DNA of 64,000 nucleotides from Marsupella aquatica (lineage: Eukaryota > Plantae > Marchantiophyta). The notes below the pieces were generated by a model that was not told the DNA's origin, did no database searches, and saw nothing but the letters and a program-made list of their open reading frames with translations. A program made the translations under genes and the position numbers. The stretch lies in assembly GCA_973895155.1 (NCBI GenBank), contig OZ316896.1, positions 21,823,150-21,887,149 on the forward strand, read 5' to 3'. Numbering within the stretch: the stretch's first letter is position 1; the number at the start of each line of letters is the position of its first letter. Of the stretch, positions 63,801 to 64,000 are shown one piece after another.

Positions 63801-64000
63801 AACTTACTTCGATTAAATAGATGGAATATTTCTCAAACAGTCAACTAAAAGTTGACTCGTCTCAGAGTCAGAACCCAGAGATGCATGAGATTAACGATGA
63901 ATGCTCACCTCTGCACGCTTAGGGTACAACTGGAGCAGAGTATCCGTATATGTCTCCGCAAGGCGTCGAGTTCGATCCAAAGTGGCTTTAAGTCGCTGTG
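60824..64000 (-). CDS. PWD/GWD3: Phosphoglucan, water dikinase (3' part; gene continues beyond the window)
   Basis: Exons 63909->64000, 63710-63780, 63399-63516, 63088-63174, 62808-62894, 62616-62692, 62109-62295, 61855-61972 and 60824-61725, with compatible phases. Motifs: [19 protein letters not shown], phosphohistidine [55 protein letters not shown] and [22 protein letters not shown]. Confidence 0.95.

Overview
Land-plant nuclear DNA with GT-AG introns; the gene style suggests a bryophyte such as a liverwort, but the species cannot be fixed from this window. The left part (1-27.4 kb) holds three genes. The first is an intronless ~819-aa membrane-anchored protein of the At4g16180-like family. 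The second is a 4-exon RDR1/2-type RNA-dependent RNA polymerase (+ strand, catalytic CSGSDLDGD in a small exon the ORF track misses). The third, tail-to-tail with the RDR, is a 17-exon DEMETER/ROS1-family 5mC DNA glycosylase (- strand, 2276 aa by my splice reconstruction). The middle (~27.7-60.2 kb) is a transposon block with Copia and L1 remnants, solo LTRs, a MITE family with 8-bp TSDs, a foldback element and small tandem duplications. It also contains a 4.27-kb TG...CA element with a perfect 5-bp TSD that carries a decayed ~575-codon ORF unlike gag or pol. The right end holds the 3' part of a phosphoglucan water dikinase gene (PWD/GWD3, - strand). The most notable observations are the adjacent RDR and demethylase genes, each with repeats upstream, and the ORF-bearing solo-LTR-like element. 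All exon boundaries and repeat alignments were read by eye; no database search was run.
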